From assembly GCA_963745035.1 (NCBI GenBank), contig CAVUVW010000002.1, positions 32,001 through 96,000 on the forward strand: 64,000 nucleotides of DNA, given 5' to 3'. The position numbers were made by a program, and so were the translations under genes. The DNA is from an uncultured delta proteobacterium (GTDB lineage: Bacteria > Desulfobacterota > Binatia > UBA9968). Under the pieces are notes generated by a model. That model was not told the DNA's origin. It saw only the letters and a program-made list of their open reading frames with translations, and searched no databases. Positions 52,492 through 63,346 of this stretch are shown here, piece after piece; position 1 is the first letter of the stretch, and each line of letters begins with the position of its first letter.

Positions 52492-54785
52492 TCACGCCTC
52501 TCGCCTCGAGCCTCGCGCCTTCTTCACTGTTGCCTGTTGCCTAATGCCCATTGCCTTCTTCAATTCCCGATACACCCTTTCAGCCGTCGCTGGAATTTCG
52601 AAAAGCCGCACGCCGCAGGCGTCCTGGATCGCGTTGGCGATAGCGGCGGGCGGGCTCACGTTGGCATGCTCGCCGATGCCTTTGGCCTCGTACGGCCCGG
52701 GACCGTTTTGGCCTTTGACCAAAATAGTTTTGAACCGCGGAATGTCGACGATGTTGGGTATCTTGTATTCACCCAAGTTCGTTGTGGTGATTTTTCCCTG
52801 GTCATCGATCAGTTCTTCCATCAGACCCGAGCCGATCGCCATGATCGCCTCGCCGTCGATCTGGCCTTGATGGCCGAGCGGATTGATGATCGTGCCAACG
52901 TCGTGGGCGGAAACAAAATTGCGCAGCTTCACACGGCCGGTTTCCGGATCGACTTCCACTTCCGCCACCTGGGCGACAAACGACGTCGACGAGCCTTTGC
53001 GCGGCACTTCGGTATCGACGCTGACGGTGACCGGACCGCCGTTGGCTCTCACGACTTCGCCCAACGTGAGCGCCTTGCCTTTGCCGCCTTGAGCCGAGAA
53101 TTTCCCGCTCTTGTACACGACCTGATCGTCGGCGCAGCCGAGCATCTGCGCCGCGTGGGCGCTGAGTTTTTTGCGCAGCTCGGCGCTCGCCTGGTACGCC
53201 GCGGCGCTGTTGATATTGGTCGAGCGGCTGCCGCCGAAGCCGACGTCAACGCTGTACGACACATCCGAGGTGCTGCCGATGCGGCAGCGCACTTGCTCGT
53301 AGGGTACGCCCATCTCCGCGGCAACGGTCTGACAGAGAATGGTTTGCAACCCGGTGCCCTGATCACCGGCGACGGTGAATACCGTCAAAGTTCCGTCCGG
53401 CTCAGCCGTCAAATTCACCCAGACTTTGCCCGCGCCGGTGCCGCGCTCGTACATGGCGACACCCCGGCCGACGTTGGCGCGTTTCGGCTGCTGCCATCCC
53501 GCCGCGTCGAGCGCCGCCTGCAATGTCTCTTTCGCTTTCACACCACCCCAGGTTTTGCCCAGCGCATTGACTTCGCCCTCGCCGACTAGGTTTATCTGGC
53601 GAAACTTCGCCGGATCCATCTTGAGCTCGCGCGCGATCAAGTCCATGTGCGACTCCGAGGCAAACACAGCTTGAATGGCGCCGGGTGCGCGCCAAAAACC
53701 GCACGGCACGGTATTCGTGTAAACCTGCAGCGCTTCCATATAAGTGTTATCGATGCGGTAGGGCGTCGCCGAACCGGCGCCGCCGATGCTGGCGCGTCCC
53801 GGCTTCATGCCAGCGTAGGCGCCGGTGCCGTGAATCGCTTGCAGATAGCGCGCCGTCATTGTGCCGTCGCGCTTCACGCCCGTCTTCACCTTGACGACGG
53901 TGTAATGATCGGGATTCATCGCCATCAGCTCTTCGGTATGCGTCAGGAGAATTTTCACCGGCTGCTTGGCTTGGCGCGCCAGGAAATAGCAGATCGGCAA
54001 CTCGCCGGCGCCGCTCTTGCCGCCGAAGTCGGCGCCGACATGGACGGCGTGAATGCGAATCTGACTGGGCGCGATGCCCGCCGCCTTGGCGAACTGCGCG
54101 CGCGTTCCGAACGGGCCCTTGGTCGATGACCAGGCGTCCACCGAGCCATCGTCGTTGATCTTGACCAAGAACGATTGTGGCTCGAGATAGCCCTGATGAT
54201 GAATCGGAACGCGAAACGTATGCTCGAGCACCAGATCCGCTTCGGCGAAGCCCTTTTCAATGTCGCCCTTGCCCCACGTCAGTTTGTTGAGCACGTTGCC
54301 GCCCGCTGCTTCCATGATATCCGCGGGAGCGCCCTCATAACTTGGCGCATCATCGTGCAAGATCGGCGCGCCGGGTTTCATCGCTTCGAGAACGTCGAAT
54401 ACCGCTGGCAGCTCTTCGTATTCGACTTCGATGAGATTATCGCCTCTTCGGCGGCGTCGCGGCTCTCGGCCGCCACGGCAGCAACTTTGTCGCCGATGTA
54501 GCGCACCTTGTCCCAGCACAGCACGGGAATGTCGCGAATGCTTTTGCCCTGATAATGGTTGGGCTCGTCTTTGCCCGTAACGATCGCTTTAACGCCCGCC
54601 ACTTGCCGTGCCTTCGAAGTATCGATGCTCTTGATGCGCGCATGCGGATACGGACTGCGCAGAATCTTGCCCCACAGTGTGCCGGGCAAATGCACATCGG
54701 CGCCGTAAGCCGCCAGGCCGCTCACCTTCTCCGCGCCTTCCACCCGCCCCACGGCTGCACCGATGATCGACGATGGGTTCGCCAT
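52492..54785 (-). CDS. Xanthine dehydrogenase family molybdopterin-binding subunit (frameshift near 54440)
   Basis: LRSPYPHA, GADFGGK, WRAPG, VAEVEVDPETG and GIGE motifs. Confidence 0.9.
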
Positions 54786-54919
54786 TAGAGATTCTCCTTT
54801 TTCTGCTTCTGTACTAGTCTACTCTGAAGAGGTCCTAACCGTTCAAGTCGTTCAAATCGTGTCCGGACAATTTGAACGGAGCGCAGCGGTTGAACGGACC
54901 CCGGACTTGATCCGGGGGA

Positions 54920-55523
54920 TTGAACGTTTTGAACAACCCCAAACACTCCGCCCACTGCCGCGCCTGCAAAGAGCGCGTGCGCCAATTGCTGACCGCGATT
55001 TTCGGCGAATGCCGGGTCGATCATCAATTTCCCTGGCCGGCCCGCCCGCAGGACTATGCGGGCACGGCTATCGGCGATACCCTGGAGCTGATCCGCGGCG
55101 CCCTCGCCGCGTGGCGCGACCATCGCGATTTCATCAAGAGCGCGCAAGTTCCGCCCTGCGATTTTTACGTTTCAGACCCGCCTTTTATCTTAGAATTCGA
55201 CGAGAGCCAACACTTCTCCCGGGCGCGCGGCATCGCCCTGGAGCTCTATCCCGAAACGTTTGCGGTGAATTTTTCACTGGCGCGTTGGCGCGCGTTATGT
55301 CGCGAAATTAACGCGGTGGACGATGAGCCCATTGATCGCGACGAGCGCCGCGCGTGGTACGACACACTTGCGCGACTTGGCGCCGATCGTTTACGGATTC
55401 AAACCGACGGTCAGGCTCTACGCGGGAGACTACGACTGGTGCCGGCTTGATGCGACGGACGAAAGCCATCTCAGCACTTTTAAAGAATTTTTGCCTTTTG
55501 GCCTAACCGACGGCCGCGCTTGA
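54920..55523 (+). CDS. Hypothetical PD-(D/E)XK / Vsr-like nuclease-fold protein (indel near 55368)
   Basis: HxxxCxxC, PCDFY...ILEFDESQHF, RAWYD.LRD. Confidence 0.55.
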
Positions 55524-55606
55524 ATTGCCGGATCACTGCGGATTTCCTCACTTTTTCACGTAAGGCGAGTGGCCTTTGCCGCGACGGCGCTGCGTTTGTG
55601 CGCCAT

Positions 55607-55637
55607 GCGAATACTTTTGCCCGCTGGGTCGTATCAA
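55607..55637 (+). promoter_or_regulatory. Putative ECF sigma promoter upstream of the sigma gene
   Basis: GCGAATACT-N13-TCGTATCAA, matched at 57127-57157. Confidence 0.7.
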
Positions 55638-55732
55638 GTTCAGACGGAGTGGATCTGGGCAAGCGTGATGTCTTTGTTCCGCGGCGGGCGATGTGATTCT
55701 ATGAATAAGCAGCATCTTCCAACACCGATCGT

Positions 55733-56288
55733 ATGGCGGCCGGCTGGGCTGAAAAACAAGACCACGAACTGCTCGCGCTCGTTCAGGACGGCAATGGCCA
55801 CGCCTTTGCCGTCCTCGTCGAGCGCCACAGCGAACGCTTCTACCGGCTCGCCTATCGGTATCTGCAAAGCAAGGAAGCCGCCGAAGACGTGGTCCAGGAC
55901 GCGTTCGTCAAGCTATGGGAAAACCCGGCGCTCTGGCAGCCGGCGCGAAACAGCAAATTCACTACTTGGTTTTACCGCATCGTGGTGAATCTATGTCTCG
56001 ATCTGCGCAAGAAGAAAAAGCCCGAGGCGCTGGAGAACGATGCGCTCGTCGCCGATGAGCGCGAGCCGGTGGACGAAGTGATGATACGCGCCCAAGAGCA
56101 AAAAATATTGGAGCGGGAAATCGCCGCCTTGCCCGAGCGCCAGCGCATGGCGCTCAGTCTTTGCTTCGACGAGGAATTGACCAATCAGGAGGCGGCGGAA
56201 GTGATGGGCGTTGAATCTCAAAGCGCTTCAGTCCTTGATCATGCGCGCGAAAACGACTTTGAAAGAACGCATGAAAGCACATTTGTGA
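55733..56288 (+). CDS. ECF sigma-70 factor (C-terminal indel)
   Basis: AEDVVQDAF, FTTWFYRIVVN and LPERQR motifs. Confidence 0.9.
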
Positions 56289-56295
56289 GGTGGTT

Positions 56296-56610
56296 ATGAG
56301 CGATCACCACGACGAAAAACTGGATCATCTGCTGCGCTCGCGCCGGGTCGAGCCCGCCGGCGCCGATCTGGCGCAGCGGATTATCTTGACCGCGCGGCAA
56401 CTGCCGCAGAACAAACCTCTGCCGCTCTGGCAATCGGTGCGCGATCTTTTCAGCGAATTCCATCTGCCCAAGCCGGCGTACGTGCTCGCCAGCGCGTTAA
56501 TCGTGGGCATGGTGATCGGCTTCAATGCGCCACCCGACGCCGATCTGGCCGCCGATGACGGCGGCGCGGCGATTCAGAGCTTCTTGTCGGCCGATGAGGC
56601 GCTGTTATGA
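56296..56610 (+). CDS. Putative single-TM anti-sigma factor
   Basis: Directly after the sigma gene; DLAQRII, one TM helix. Confidence 0.65.
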   Translation: MSDHHDEKLDHLLRSRRVEPAGADLAQRIILTARQLPQNKPLPLWQSVRDLFSEFHLPKPAYVLASALIVGMVIGFNAPPDADLAADDGGAAIQSFLSADEALL

Positions 56611-57041
56611 GCAAAGCCGCAAAATTGACCTTTGTCGCATCCCTGGTGCTGAACCTTCTTTTGCTCGGCGTCATGCTCGGTCAGGTGCCGCGCGCGTCGA
56701 CTCCAGCGCCGGGGCGCCAGCAGCGGATGGAAGAGGCGCTCAAGAAAGTGCCCGAGCCGACGCGGTCGCGCTTTCGCGATAAGTTCGCCGAAATCCGCGC
56801 CACCGGCGATCCCCTGCGCCGGCAAATCGACGAGGCGCGCGCCGAGACGCTGCGGCTGCTTAGCACCGAGCCCTTCGATGAAGCGGCCTATGACCGCCAA
56901 GTCCGAAAGATCGAGGAGTTACGGGCCGAGATGTTCAAAAACATGGGACAACTGATCAGACAGACGGCCAGGGAGCTCTCGCCGGAGGAGCGGCGCATGC
57001 TCGCCGATGTTTTGCGCCGCCCCGCCTCGCCTCCCAAGTAA
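56607..57041 (+). CDS. Periplasmic heavy-metal-sensor / ZraP-CpxP-like protein
   Basis: SLVLNLLLLG, helical body, PFD, LSPEER. Confidence 0.75.
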   Translation: MSKAAKLTFVASLVLNLLLLGVMLGQVPRASTPAPGRQQRMEEALKKVPEPTRSRFRDKFAEIRATGDPLRRQIDEARAETLRLLSTEPFDEAAYDRQVRKIEELRAEMFKNMGQLIRQTARELSPEERRMLADVLRRPASPPK

Positions 57042-57086
57042 AACGAAGGAATCGCAGGAGCGAGGGGGAGTTTTGACCCCGTCGAT

Positions 57087-57115
57087 AAGCGCCGGAAAAC
57101 CCGGCGCTTTTTTTT
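57087..57115 (+). terminator. Intrinsic terminator
   Basis: aagcgccgg-aaaac-ccggcgctt followed by a T-run. Confidence 0.8.
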
Positions 57116-57126
57116 CGCCCGGCGCA

Positions 57127-57157
57127 GCGAAGACTCATCCCCGATCGCTCGTATCAA
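57127..57157 (+). promoter_or_regulatory. Putative ECF sigma promoter of the efflux operon
   Basis: GCGAAGACT-N13-TCGTATCAA. Confidence 0.7.
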
Positions 57158-57190
57158 TCAGTGACAACTGTCGAAAAGAGGCAAACAGAC

Positions 57191-58417
57191 ATGAACTGGA
57201 AACTATCCTTGCCCAAAACCTCCAAGAAGCTCGTCGGCATCCTCACCACCGCGGCGGTCGTCGCCGGCGGCTGGTATTGGTACGGCGCCGCGGCGCAGAG
57301 TCGTCAACAAGACAGCGCGCACCCGATCGCGATCACACGCGGCACAATTGAGGAAGTCGTCACCTCGCAGGGCAAGCTCGAAGCCAAACAATACGTCGAC
57401 GTCGGCACTCAGGTTTCCGGCCAGCTCAAAATCATCCATGTTGACATCGGCGACACGGTCGCCAAGGGCCAACTGCTCGCCGAGATCGATCCGCGGGTCT
57501 ACCAGGCCCAGGTCGAAGCGGGCGAAGCGCGTTTGAACAGCCTGCGCGCCCAGCTCAATCAGCAGAAAGCCGAGGCGGTTTTGGCCGAACAGAATTTGAA
57601 GCGCAACCAGAATTTGATCGCCGTGGATGCCGTCAGCAAACAGGCGCTGCAGGAGACCGAATCCCAGGCCGCCGTGGCCAGGGCCCAGGTGGATTCCATC
57701 GCCGCGCAGATTCAGGAAACCGAGTCCAATCTCAAAGGCAGCCGGACCAATTTGAGCTACACAAAAATCTACGCGCCGGTGGCGGGCACGGTGACGACCT
57801 TGCCGACGAAGGAAGGCCAGACGCTCAACGCCAATCAGACCGCGCCGACGATCATGCAGGTCGCCAATCTCGACGTGATGACCGTGCGCGCCCAGGTCGC
57901 CGAAGCGGATGTCAATCGCCTGAAGGAAGGCATGCCGGCCTATTTCACCACCCTGGGCGACAGCGAGCGGCGCTGGCAAGGCAAGGTGCGCCAGATCCAG
58001 CCGTCGCCGCAGATCGTCAACGACGTGGTGCTATACGACGTGTTGATCGACGTGAACAACGAAGGGCGGCGGCTGATGACCGGCATGACCACCCAGGTGT
58101 TCTTCATGCTCGGCAAGGCGGAGAACGCGGTGATCGTGCCCGCCGAAGTGCTCACCCGGCGCGCGGCGCGAGAAGACAACGAGAAGGGCAAGGCCTATCG
58201 CGTCACCGTCGCGGCGGGCGAGAAAGGACGCGAGCAGCGGCTGATTCACGTCGGCCTGCAGACGCGCGCCCAGGCGGAAGTCATCGACGGATTGCAGGAA
58301 GGCGAGCGGATCATCTTGAATCGGCCGGCCTCAGGTGCGACTCGGACCGCCAATAGCCAGCAGCCGGGAAACAATCGGCCCAACCCGCAGCGCTTCAACC
58401 GCGGCCCGCAGCTCTAA
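57191..58417 (+). CDS. macA: MacA-like periplasmic adaptor (MFP)
   Basis: VDVGTQVSGQ, YTKIYAP..G.V, GQTLNANQTAP. Confidence 0.85.
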   Translation: MNWKLSLPKTSKKLVGILTTAAVVAGGWYWYGAAAQSRQQDSAHPIAITRGTIEEVVTSQGKLEAKQYVDVGTQVSGQLKIIHVDIGDTVAKGQLLAEIDPRVYQAQVEAGEARLNSLRAQLNQQKAEAVLAEQNLKRNQNLIAVDAVSKQALQETESQAAVARAQVDSIAAQIQETESNLKGSRTNLSYTKIYAPVAGTVTTLPTKEGQTLNANQTAPTIMQVANLDVMTVRAQVAEADVNRLKEGMPAYFTTLGDSERRWQGKVRQIQPSPQIVNDVVLYDVLIDVNNEGRRLMTGMTTQVFFMLGKAENAVIVPAEVLTRRAAREDNEKGKAYRVTVAAGEKGREQRLIHVGLQTRAQAEVIDGLQEGERIILNRPASGATRTANSQQPGNNRPNPQRFNRGPQL

Positions 58418-58432
58418 CCGAGGTCCCTCATC

Positions 58433-60367
58433 ATGACCATCCTCGAACTGACCGACATTCAGAAGCACTACAAGAACGGCGACACTGTCGTGCGCGCCCT
58501 TGACGGTGTTTCACTAACGATCAAGCGCGGCGAGTTTGTCGCGATCATGGGGCAGTCCGGCTCGGGCAAATCGACATTGATGAACATCATCGGCTGCCTG
58601 GATCGGCCGACTTCGGGGAGCTACCGCGTGCTGGGCAAGGAGGCGGCGAACCTTTCAGCCGATGAATTGGCCGCGCTCCGGCGCGAAACCTTCGGCTTTG
58701 TCTTTCAGAAGTACAACCTGCTCGCCACCGCCACGGCGGGAGAGAACGTCGAGATTCCTTCAGTCTACGCGGGGCTCGCCAAGCACAAGCGCGCCGAGCG
58801 CGCCGTCGGCCTGCTCCGCCGTCTCGGACTTGGCGACCGCACCGATCATCGTCCGTCAGAACTTTCCGGCGGGCAGCAGCAGCGCGTGGCGATCGCGCGC
58901 GCGCTGGTGAACGACCCGCCGGTGATTCTCGCCGACGAGCCCACCGGCGCGCTCGATTCGCGGAGCGGCGATGAAGTGCTCGCGCTCTTGAAGCAGCTCC
59001 ACGCCGAAGGACGGACGATCATACTGATCACCCACGCCGAGAACGTCGCTCAGCACGCGAGCCGCATCGTGCGCATTCAAGACGGTCGCATTCTCGAAGA
59101 CAGCAGCGCCGCGTGCGGCGCGGCGGCCGCTTCGGCGGCGCAGGAAGACTACGATCTCAGCCGCGGCGTCACGCTTGCGGCGAGCGTCCAGGAAGCGCTG
59201 GTCACCGCCTGGCGTTCGCTGCGCGTCAATATTTTCCGCACCGTGCTAACACTGCTCGGCATCATCATCGGCGTCGCGGCAGTAGTAGCGATGCTCGCGG
59301 TGGGCGAAGGCAGCCGGCAAAAAGTGCTCGACCGTATCAGCTCCTTCGGGACCAATTTGATGCTGATTCGACCCGGCGCCGCCGGCATTCGCAACGCCGG
59401 CGATATCGCCACTCTCGTGCCAGAGGACGCCGCCGCGCTCAAAACCTTGCCCAATATCGAAGCCGCTCTGCCCGAGCGCAGCACGCGGACGACGGTGCGC
59501 TTCGGCAGCATCGACTATCAAACCTCGGTCCAGGGCACCGGTGAAGATTTTCCCAAGGCGCGCGACTGGCCGGTCGCCGAGGGGCAGTTTTTCAACGCCG
59601 ACGACATGAAGCAGTACGCCGCGGTCGTCGTGCTCGGCCGCACGGTGGCGAAGACGCTCTTTCCCGACGGCGGCAGCCCCATCGGCAAATACGTGCTGAT
59701 GCGCAACGTGCCGTTCCTCGTGATCGGCGTGATGACCGAAAAAGGCGCCTCGCCCAACGGCAGCGATCAGGACGATGTGATCTTCGTGCCGATCAACACC
59801 GGTTTGGTCCGGCTGTTCGGCAGAAGCTATCTGAGCAGCATCACGGTCAAGGTCAAGGACTCGGCCGATATCGCGGCCACCCAGGAAAGCGTCGAAGCTT
59901 TGCTGCGGGCGCGACATAAGAGCGAGGACTTCAGCGTGCGCAACATGGCGTCGTTTCTCCAGGCGGCGATGGAAACCCAGGACACCTTCACCTTGCTGCT
60001 CGGCACGGTGGCGGCGATCTCGCTGCTCGTCGGCGGCATCGGCGTCATGAACATCATGCTCGTGAGCGTGGTCGAGCGCACCCGCGAGATCGGCATCCGC
60101 ATGGCCACCGGCGCGCGCATGCGCGACATCTTGCTGCAGTTCAACATCGAAGCCGCGGTGGTCTGCGCCGCCGGCGGCATTTTGGGCATCCTGGTCGGCG
60201 TCGGCGCGGGTTTGGTCCTCCGCTATACCGGCATGTCTGTGATTTTCTCTGTGACACCGGCCGTGCTCGCCTTTGTCTGCGCGTCGGCGACCGGCCTGAT
60301 TTTCGGATACCTGCCGGCGCGCAAAGCCGCCCAGCTCGATCCGGTCATCGCGCTGGCTTCGGAGTGA
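58433..60367 (+). CDS. macB: MacB-family ABC transporter (ATPase plus permease)
   Basis: [41 protein letters not shown]. Confidence 0.92.
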   Translation: MTILELTDIQKHYKNGDTVVRALDGVSLTIKRGEFVAIMGQSGSGKSTLMNIIGCLDRPTSGSYRVLGKEAANLSADELAALRRETFGFVFQKYNLLATATAGENVEIPSVYAGLAKHKRAERAVGLLRRLGLGDRTDHRPSELSGGQQQRVAIARALVNDPPVILADEPTGALDSRSGDEVLALLKQLHAEGRTIILITHAENVAQHASRIVRIQDGRILEDSSAACGAAAASAAQEDYDLSRGVTLAASVQEALVTAWRSLRVNIFRTVLTLLGIIIGVAAVVAMLAVGEGSRQKVLDRISSFGTNLMLIRPGAAGIRNAGDIATLVPEDAAALKTLPNIEAALPERSTRTTVRFGSIDYQTSVQGTGEDFPKARDWPVAEGQFFNADDMKQYAAVVVLGRTVAKTLFPDGGSPIGKYVLMRNVPFLVIGVMTEKGASPNGSDQDDVIFVPINTGLVRLFGRSYLSSITVKVKDSADIAATQESVEALLRARHKSEDFSVRNMASFLQAAMETQDTFTLLLGTVAAISLLVGGIGVMNIMLVSVVERTREIGIRMATGARMRDILLQFNIEAAVVCAAGGILGILVGVGAGLVLRYTGMSVIFSVTPAVLAFVCASATGLIFGYLPARKAAQLDPVIALASE

Positions 60368-60375
60368 GGTAAGCA

Positions 60376-61845
60376 ATGCATAAAACGATACTCGACTTAT
60401 GTCCCGAATCGTCATCTGCCCAGGATCTCGCCGCGGCTGCGTCGATATCCGCTCACCCTGGGCCTGACGAAGGGTTCCGAGCTCCCCGCACGCGCGCTGC
60501 GCGTTTCCCCGCGCTCCTGATGAGCGGCGCGATCGCCTTTGCGCTTTCCGCGTGCAGCCTCGCGCCCAAGTACGAGCAGCCGCCGATGGATATTCCCGGC
60601 GGCTGGTCGAGCGTCCCGGGCGTCGGCGTGGCCGCTGCGCCGAGCGCGACGCCTTTTTGGCGGGAGCTCGGCAGCGCCGAATTAGACGGTTTGATCGAGA
60701 CCGCGCTGGCGGAAAATCGCGACCTCGAAGCCGCGCTCCATCGCATCGATCAGGCGCGCGCCCAGGCAAAAGTCGCCGCCGCGCCGCTCTATCCGACCGT
60801 CAACGCCAGCGGTTCGGGCTCGAAAACTTATCAAGACTCGAAGAATACCGAGTCGCTGCGCGGCGCCGGCAGCATCAGCTACGAGCTCGATCTCTGGGGC
60901 AGAAACCGCAATCAGGCGCTCTCCGCCGGTTACCAGGTCGATGCCACCCGCTTCAATCGCGAGGCGCTGCGTCTGGTCATCACTTCGGACGTGACCAATT
61001 TCTACGCGCTGATCTTGAGCCTCAACGACCGCATCCGCATCGCCGAGTTCAATCTGAAAACCGCCCAGGACATCCTCCGCATCATCGAAGCGCGCTACGC
61101 CCAGGGCGCGGTGTCGGGGCTGGAAGTTTCCCAGCAGCGCGTCGCGGTGAACAATTTTCGCACCGCGCTTGCATCGCTGGTCGAAGCGCGCAGCACCGGC
61201 GCCAATGCGCTGGCGATCCTGCTCGGCAGGGCGCCGCAAAATCTCGGCCTGCCGGGCGGCGAGCTCGCTTCGCTGCACATGCCGCGGATCGATCTGACCC
61301 CGCCCGCGACTTTGCTGACGGCGCGCCCGGACATCCAGAGCATCGAAGCCGTTCTACGCGCCGCCAACGCCGACATCGGCGCGGCCCGCGCGGCGTTCTT
61401 CCCGTCTCTGACCCTGGGCATCGACTCGGCGATCGCCGCCGGCTTTGGCGGCCCGGCCGTCGCGGCGACATCGCTGACGTCGAGCCTACTTGCGCCGATC
61501 TTCACAGGCGGAAGGTTGACGGGCAATCTCGAAAGCGTCACCGCGCGCCAGAGAGAACTGGCGGCGCAGTACCAGCAGACGGTGCTGGTCGCCTTCCAGG
61601 AAGTCGAAGACGCGCTCGCCGCGCTCAAGAGCAACGACGAGCAGGCCGCGCTGTCCCTGGAATCCGTCAAGGAGTCACAGAACGCCTACAATATCGCCAA
61701 GGCGCGCTTCGACGCCGGCGCCATCGACTATCTCACCCTGCTTGAGACCCAGCGCAGCCTTTTCCAGGCGCAGGACGATCAGATCGCGATCAATCAGGGA
61801 CAGCTGCAATCGTTCGTGCAGCTAAGAAAAGCCCTCGGCGCGTAA
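60376..61845 (+). CDS. NodT/OprM-family outer-membrane efflux lipoprotein (start may be downstream)
   Basis: Lipobox LSAC, YELDLWG, RPDI, AFQEVED. Confidence 0.9.
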   Translation: MHKTILDLCPESSSAQDLAAAASISAHPGPDEGFRAPRTRAARFPALLMSGAIAFALSACSLAPKYEQPPMDIPGGWSSVPGVGVAAAPSATPFWRELGSAELDGLIETALAENRDLEAALHRIDQARAQAKVAAAPLYPTVNASGSGSKTYQDSKNTESLRGAGSISYELDLWGRNRNQALSAGYQVDATRFNREALRLVITSDVTNFYALILSLNDRIRIAEFNLKTAQDILRIIEARYAQGAVSGLEVSQQRVAVNNFRTALASLVEARSTGANALAILLGRAPQNLGLPGGELASLHMPRIDLTPPATLLTARPDIQSIEAVLRAANADIGAARAAFFPSLTLGIDSAIAAGFGGPAVAATSLTSSLLAPIFTGGRLTGNLESVTARQRELAAQYQQTVLVAFQEVEDALAALKSNDEQAALSLESVKESQNAYNIAKARFDAGAIDYLTLLETQRSLFQAQDDQIAINQGQLQSFVQLRKALGA

Positions 61846-61894
61846 ACGACCGTGACGCCGTGCTTACTGTGAACTGTTGTTATATGAGGCGTTG

Positions 61895-62167
61895 CTAACC
61901 TTCCACACCGATGGTGCTGCTCGAATTTGCATTTAATTCCTTGGCATCAATCCATCGGCGGGCATTGCACGCGGCAAATTCATCCGCCTCACGTTGCGTG
62001 GAATAGGGGTAACTGAACTGATATTGATGTGATGGAAAATCGATTTTGGCTTGCGTCGTGTCATTCTGCCGGATCAACGTATACTGCGGGATCCAGGTAC
62101 CATTGTTTTCGCGCTGAAACGATTCACACTGGATAAGATAGTTTTTATACAAGACACCATTGTTCAT
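61895..62167 (-). CDS. Small hypothetical protein
   Basis: 90-aa open frame, YKNYLI...W.P. Confidence 0.55.
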   Translation of the reverse strand: MNNGVLYKNYLIQCESFQRENNGTWIPQYTLIRQNDTTQAKIDFPSHQYQFSYPYSTQREADEFAACNARRWIDAKELNANSSSTIGVEG

Positions 62168-62252
62168 TTAGCTTTATCTTTCCTATTCAATCCTCGCAGC
62201 TTTAGCGAACCCGGCTATCTTAACCCTCGGCCTAAGCGCTTTACAAAGATTA

Positions 62253-62414
62253 TTAAATCGTTGGCTGCCGGACTGCCGGTTGACTTGGGTTGTCTGTTTC
62301 ATTGGCATCCGGCGACTTTGTTTTCTCCTGGCGCCGCTCCAATTTACGCGCGGTCTTTTTTTGCTGTTTCTCCTTACGTGCTAACGCTTTCTGTCGTTTT
62401 TGAAATGTCTCCAT
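62253..62414 (-). CDS. Small Lys/Arg-rich protein (53 aa)
   Basis: AGGAG RBS; METFQKRQKALARKEKQQKKTARKLERRQEK...; below the ORF-track length cutoff. Confidence 0.6.
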   Translation of the reverse strand: METFQKRQKALARKEKQQKKTARKLERRQEKTKSPDANETDNPSQPAVRQPTI

Positions 62415-62740
62415 GTTTGTCTCCTAACTTGTTAATTTTGATTCGCTATTGTCCATCCTGCGTGGACCTATATGGCGGCGCGTATAGAGGCAAGGCGGGA
62501 TTGGTAGGGCAAAGCCCGCTTAATCGATGATTCTCAGATCGTCTGATCAACTGTATAGCGCCGAATTCGATAGATGTCTAACGCCACCAGGGGGTAACAA
62601 TCAGCAAAAAGCTAAATGGATCCACCAACATCCGTATGAGTGAGAAGTCCCGCTGCACCCAGAATCAAAAGCGTCACAAAAATAAGCGATATCATTTGCC
62701 TCCTTTTGCCTTTATTCCCCTCGCCCGAGCGCGATCCGCG

Positions 62741-63310
62741 CTACACTTTCCTATATTGCTTGACGTAGTCGTCATAGAGACCTTCTTTGCCTTTGGCCTC
62801 TAGCGCGCGCGAGCGGTCGGTGAGAATCTTTTTGTCTTCGACAAACGCTTTCCTGTTAAATCCGAGATTGCCGGGATGGACGCCGGTATCCATCCGAATT
62901 GCGTCACAGGGACAGGCTTCGACGCAAAAGCCGCAGTAAATGCACCGTAACGTATCGATTTCATAGCGAACTGCGTATTTTTCGACGGGATCGTTGGGAT
63001 CCTCACCGGCCTCGATATAAATACAATCCGCCGGACAAGCGGTCGCGCATAAGAAACAAGCGGTGCAGTTGGCCGTGTCGTCCGCGCTCAGAGTCAGGCG
63101 GTGACGCGCGCGAAAGGTGTCGGGGTAGGATGTTCTCTGCTCCGGATACTGGACCGTGACGGAGGCCTGAAGATTTTTTGCCAGACCGAATAGCTGGAGA
63201 ATGTGAATGCTGAGATTACGCCAAAAATGATAACCCGTGACCGACATGCCGCGCACAATCTCCGGAAAGTAAGCCCTCTCCCAAAGCGACATGTGCTCGA
63301 TTCTTTTCAT
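62741..63310 (-). CDS. nuoI: NADH-quinone oxidoreductase subunit I-like 2x[4Fe-4S] protein
   Basis: TVQYPE, FRARH.L, CTACFLCATACP, RCIYCGFCVEACP. Confidence 0.85.
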   Translation of the reverse strand: MKRIEHMSLWERAYFPEIVRGMSVTGYHFWRNLSIHILQLFGLAKNLQASVTVQYPEQRTSYPDTFRARHRLTLSADDTANCTACFLCATACPADCIYIEAGEDPNDPVEKYAVRYEIDTLRCIYCGFCVEACPCDAIRMDTGVHPGNLGFNRKAFVEDKKILTDRSRALEAKGKEGLYDDYVKQYRKV

Positions 63311-63346
63311 TGGCTTATCGCAGGGACGAACGGATGGCCCCGTCGC

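Noticed and set aside
6144-56299. Many frameshifts (amidohydrolase, HEAT, M24, XDH x2, ThDP x2, hydrolase, GxxExxY, sigma and others) as programmed frameshifting or mass pseudogenisation
   Set aside because: Scattered single-base indels in otherwise intact genes, with no shared slippery motif, are best explained by long-read assembly error; needs a read check
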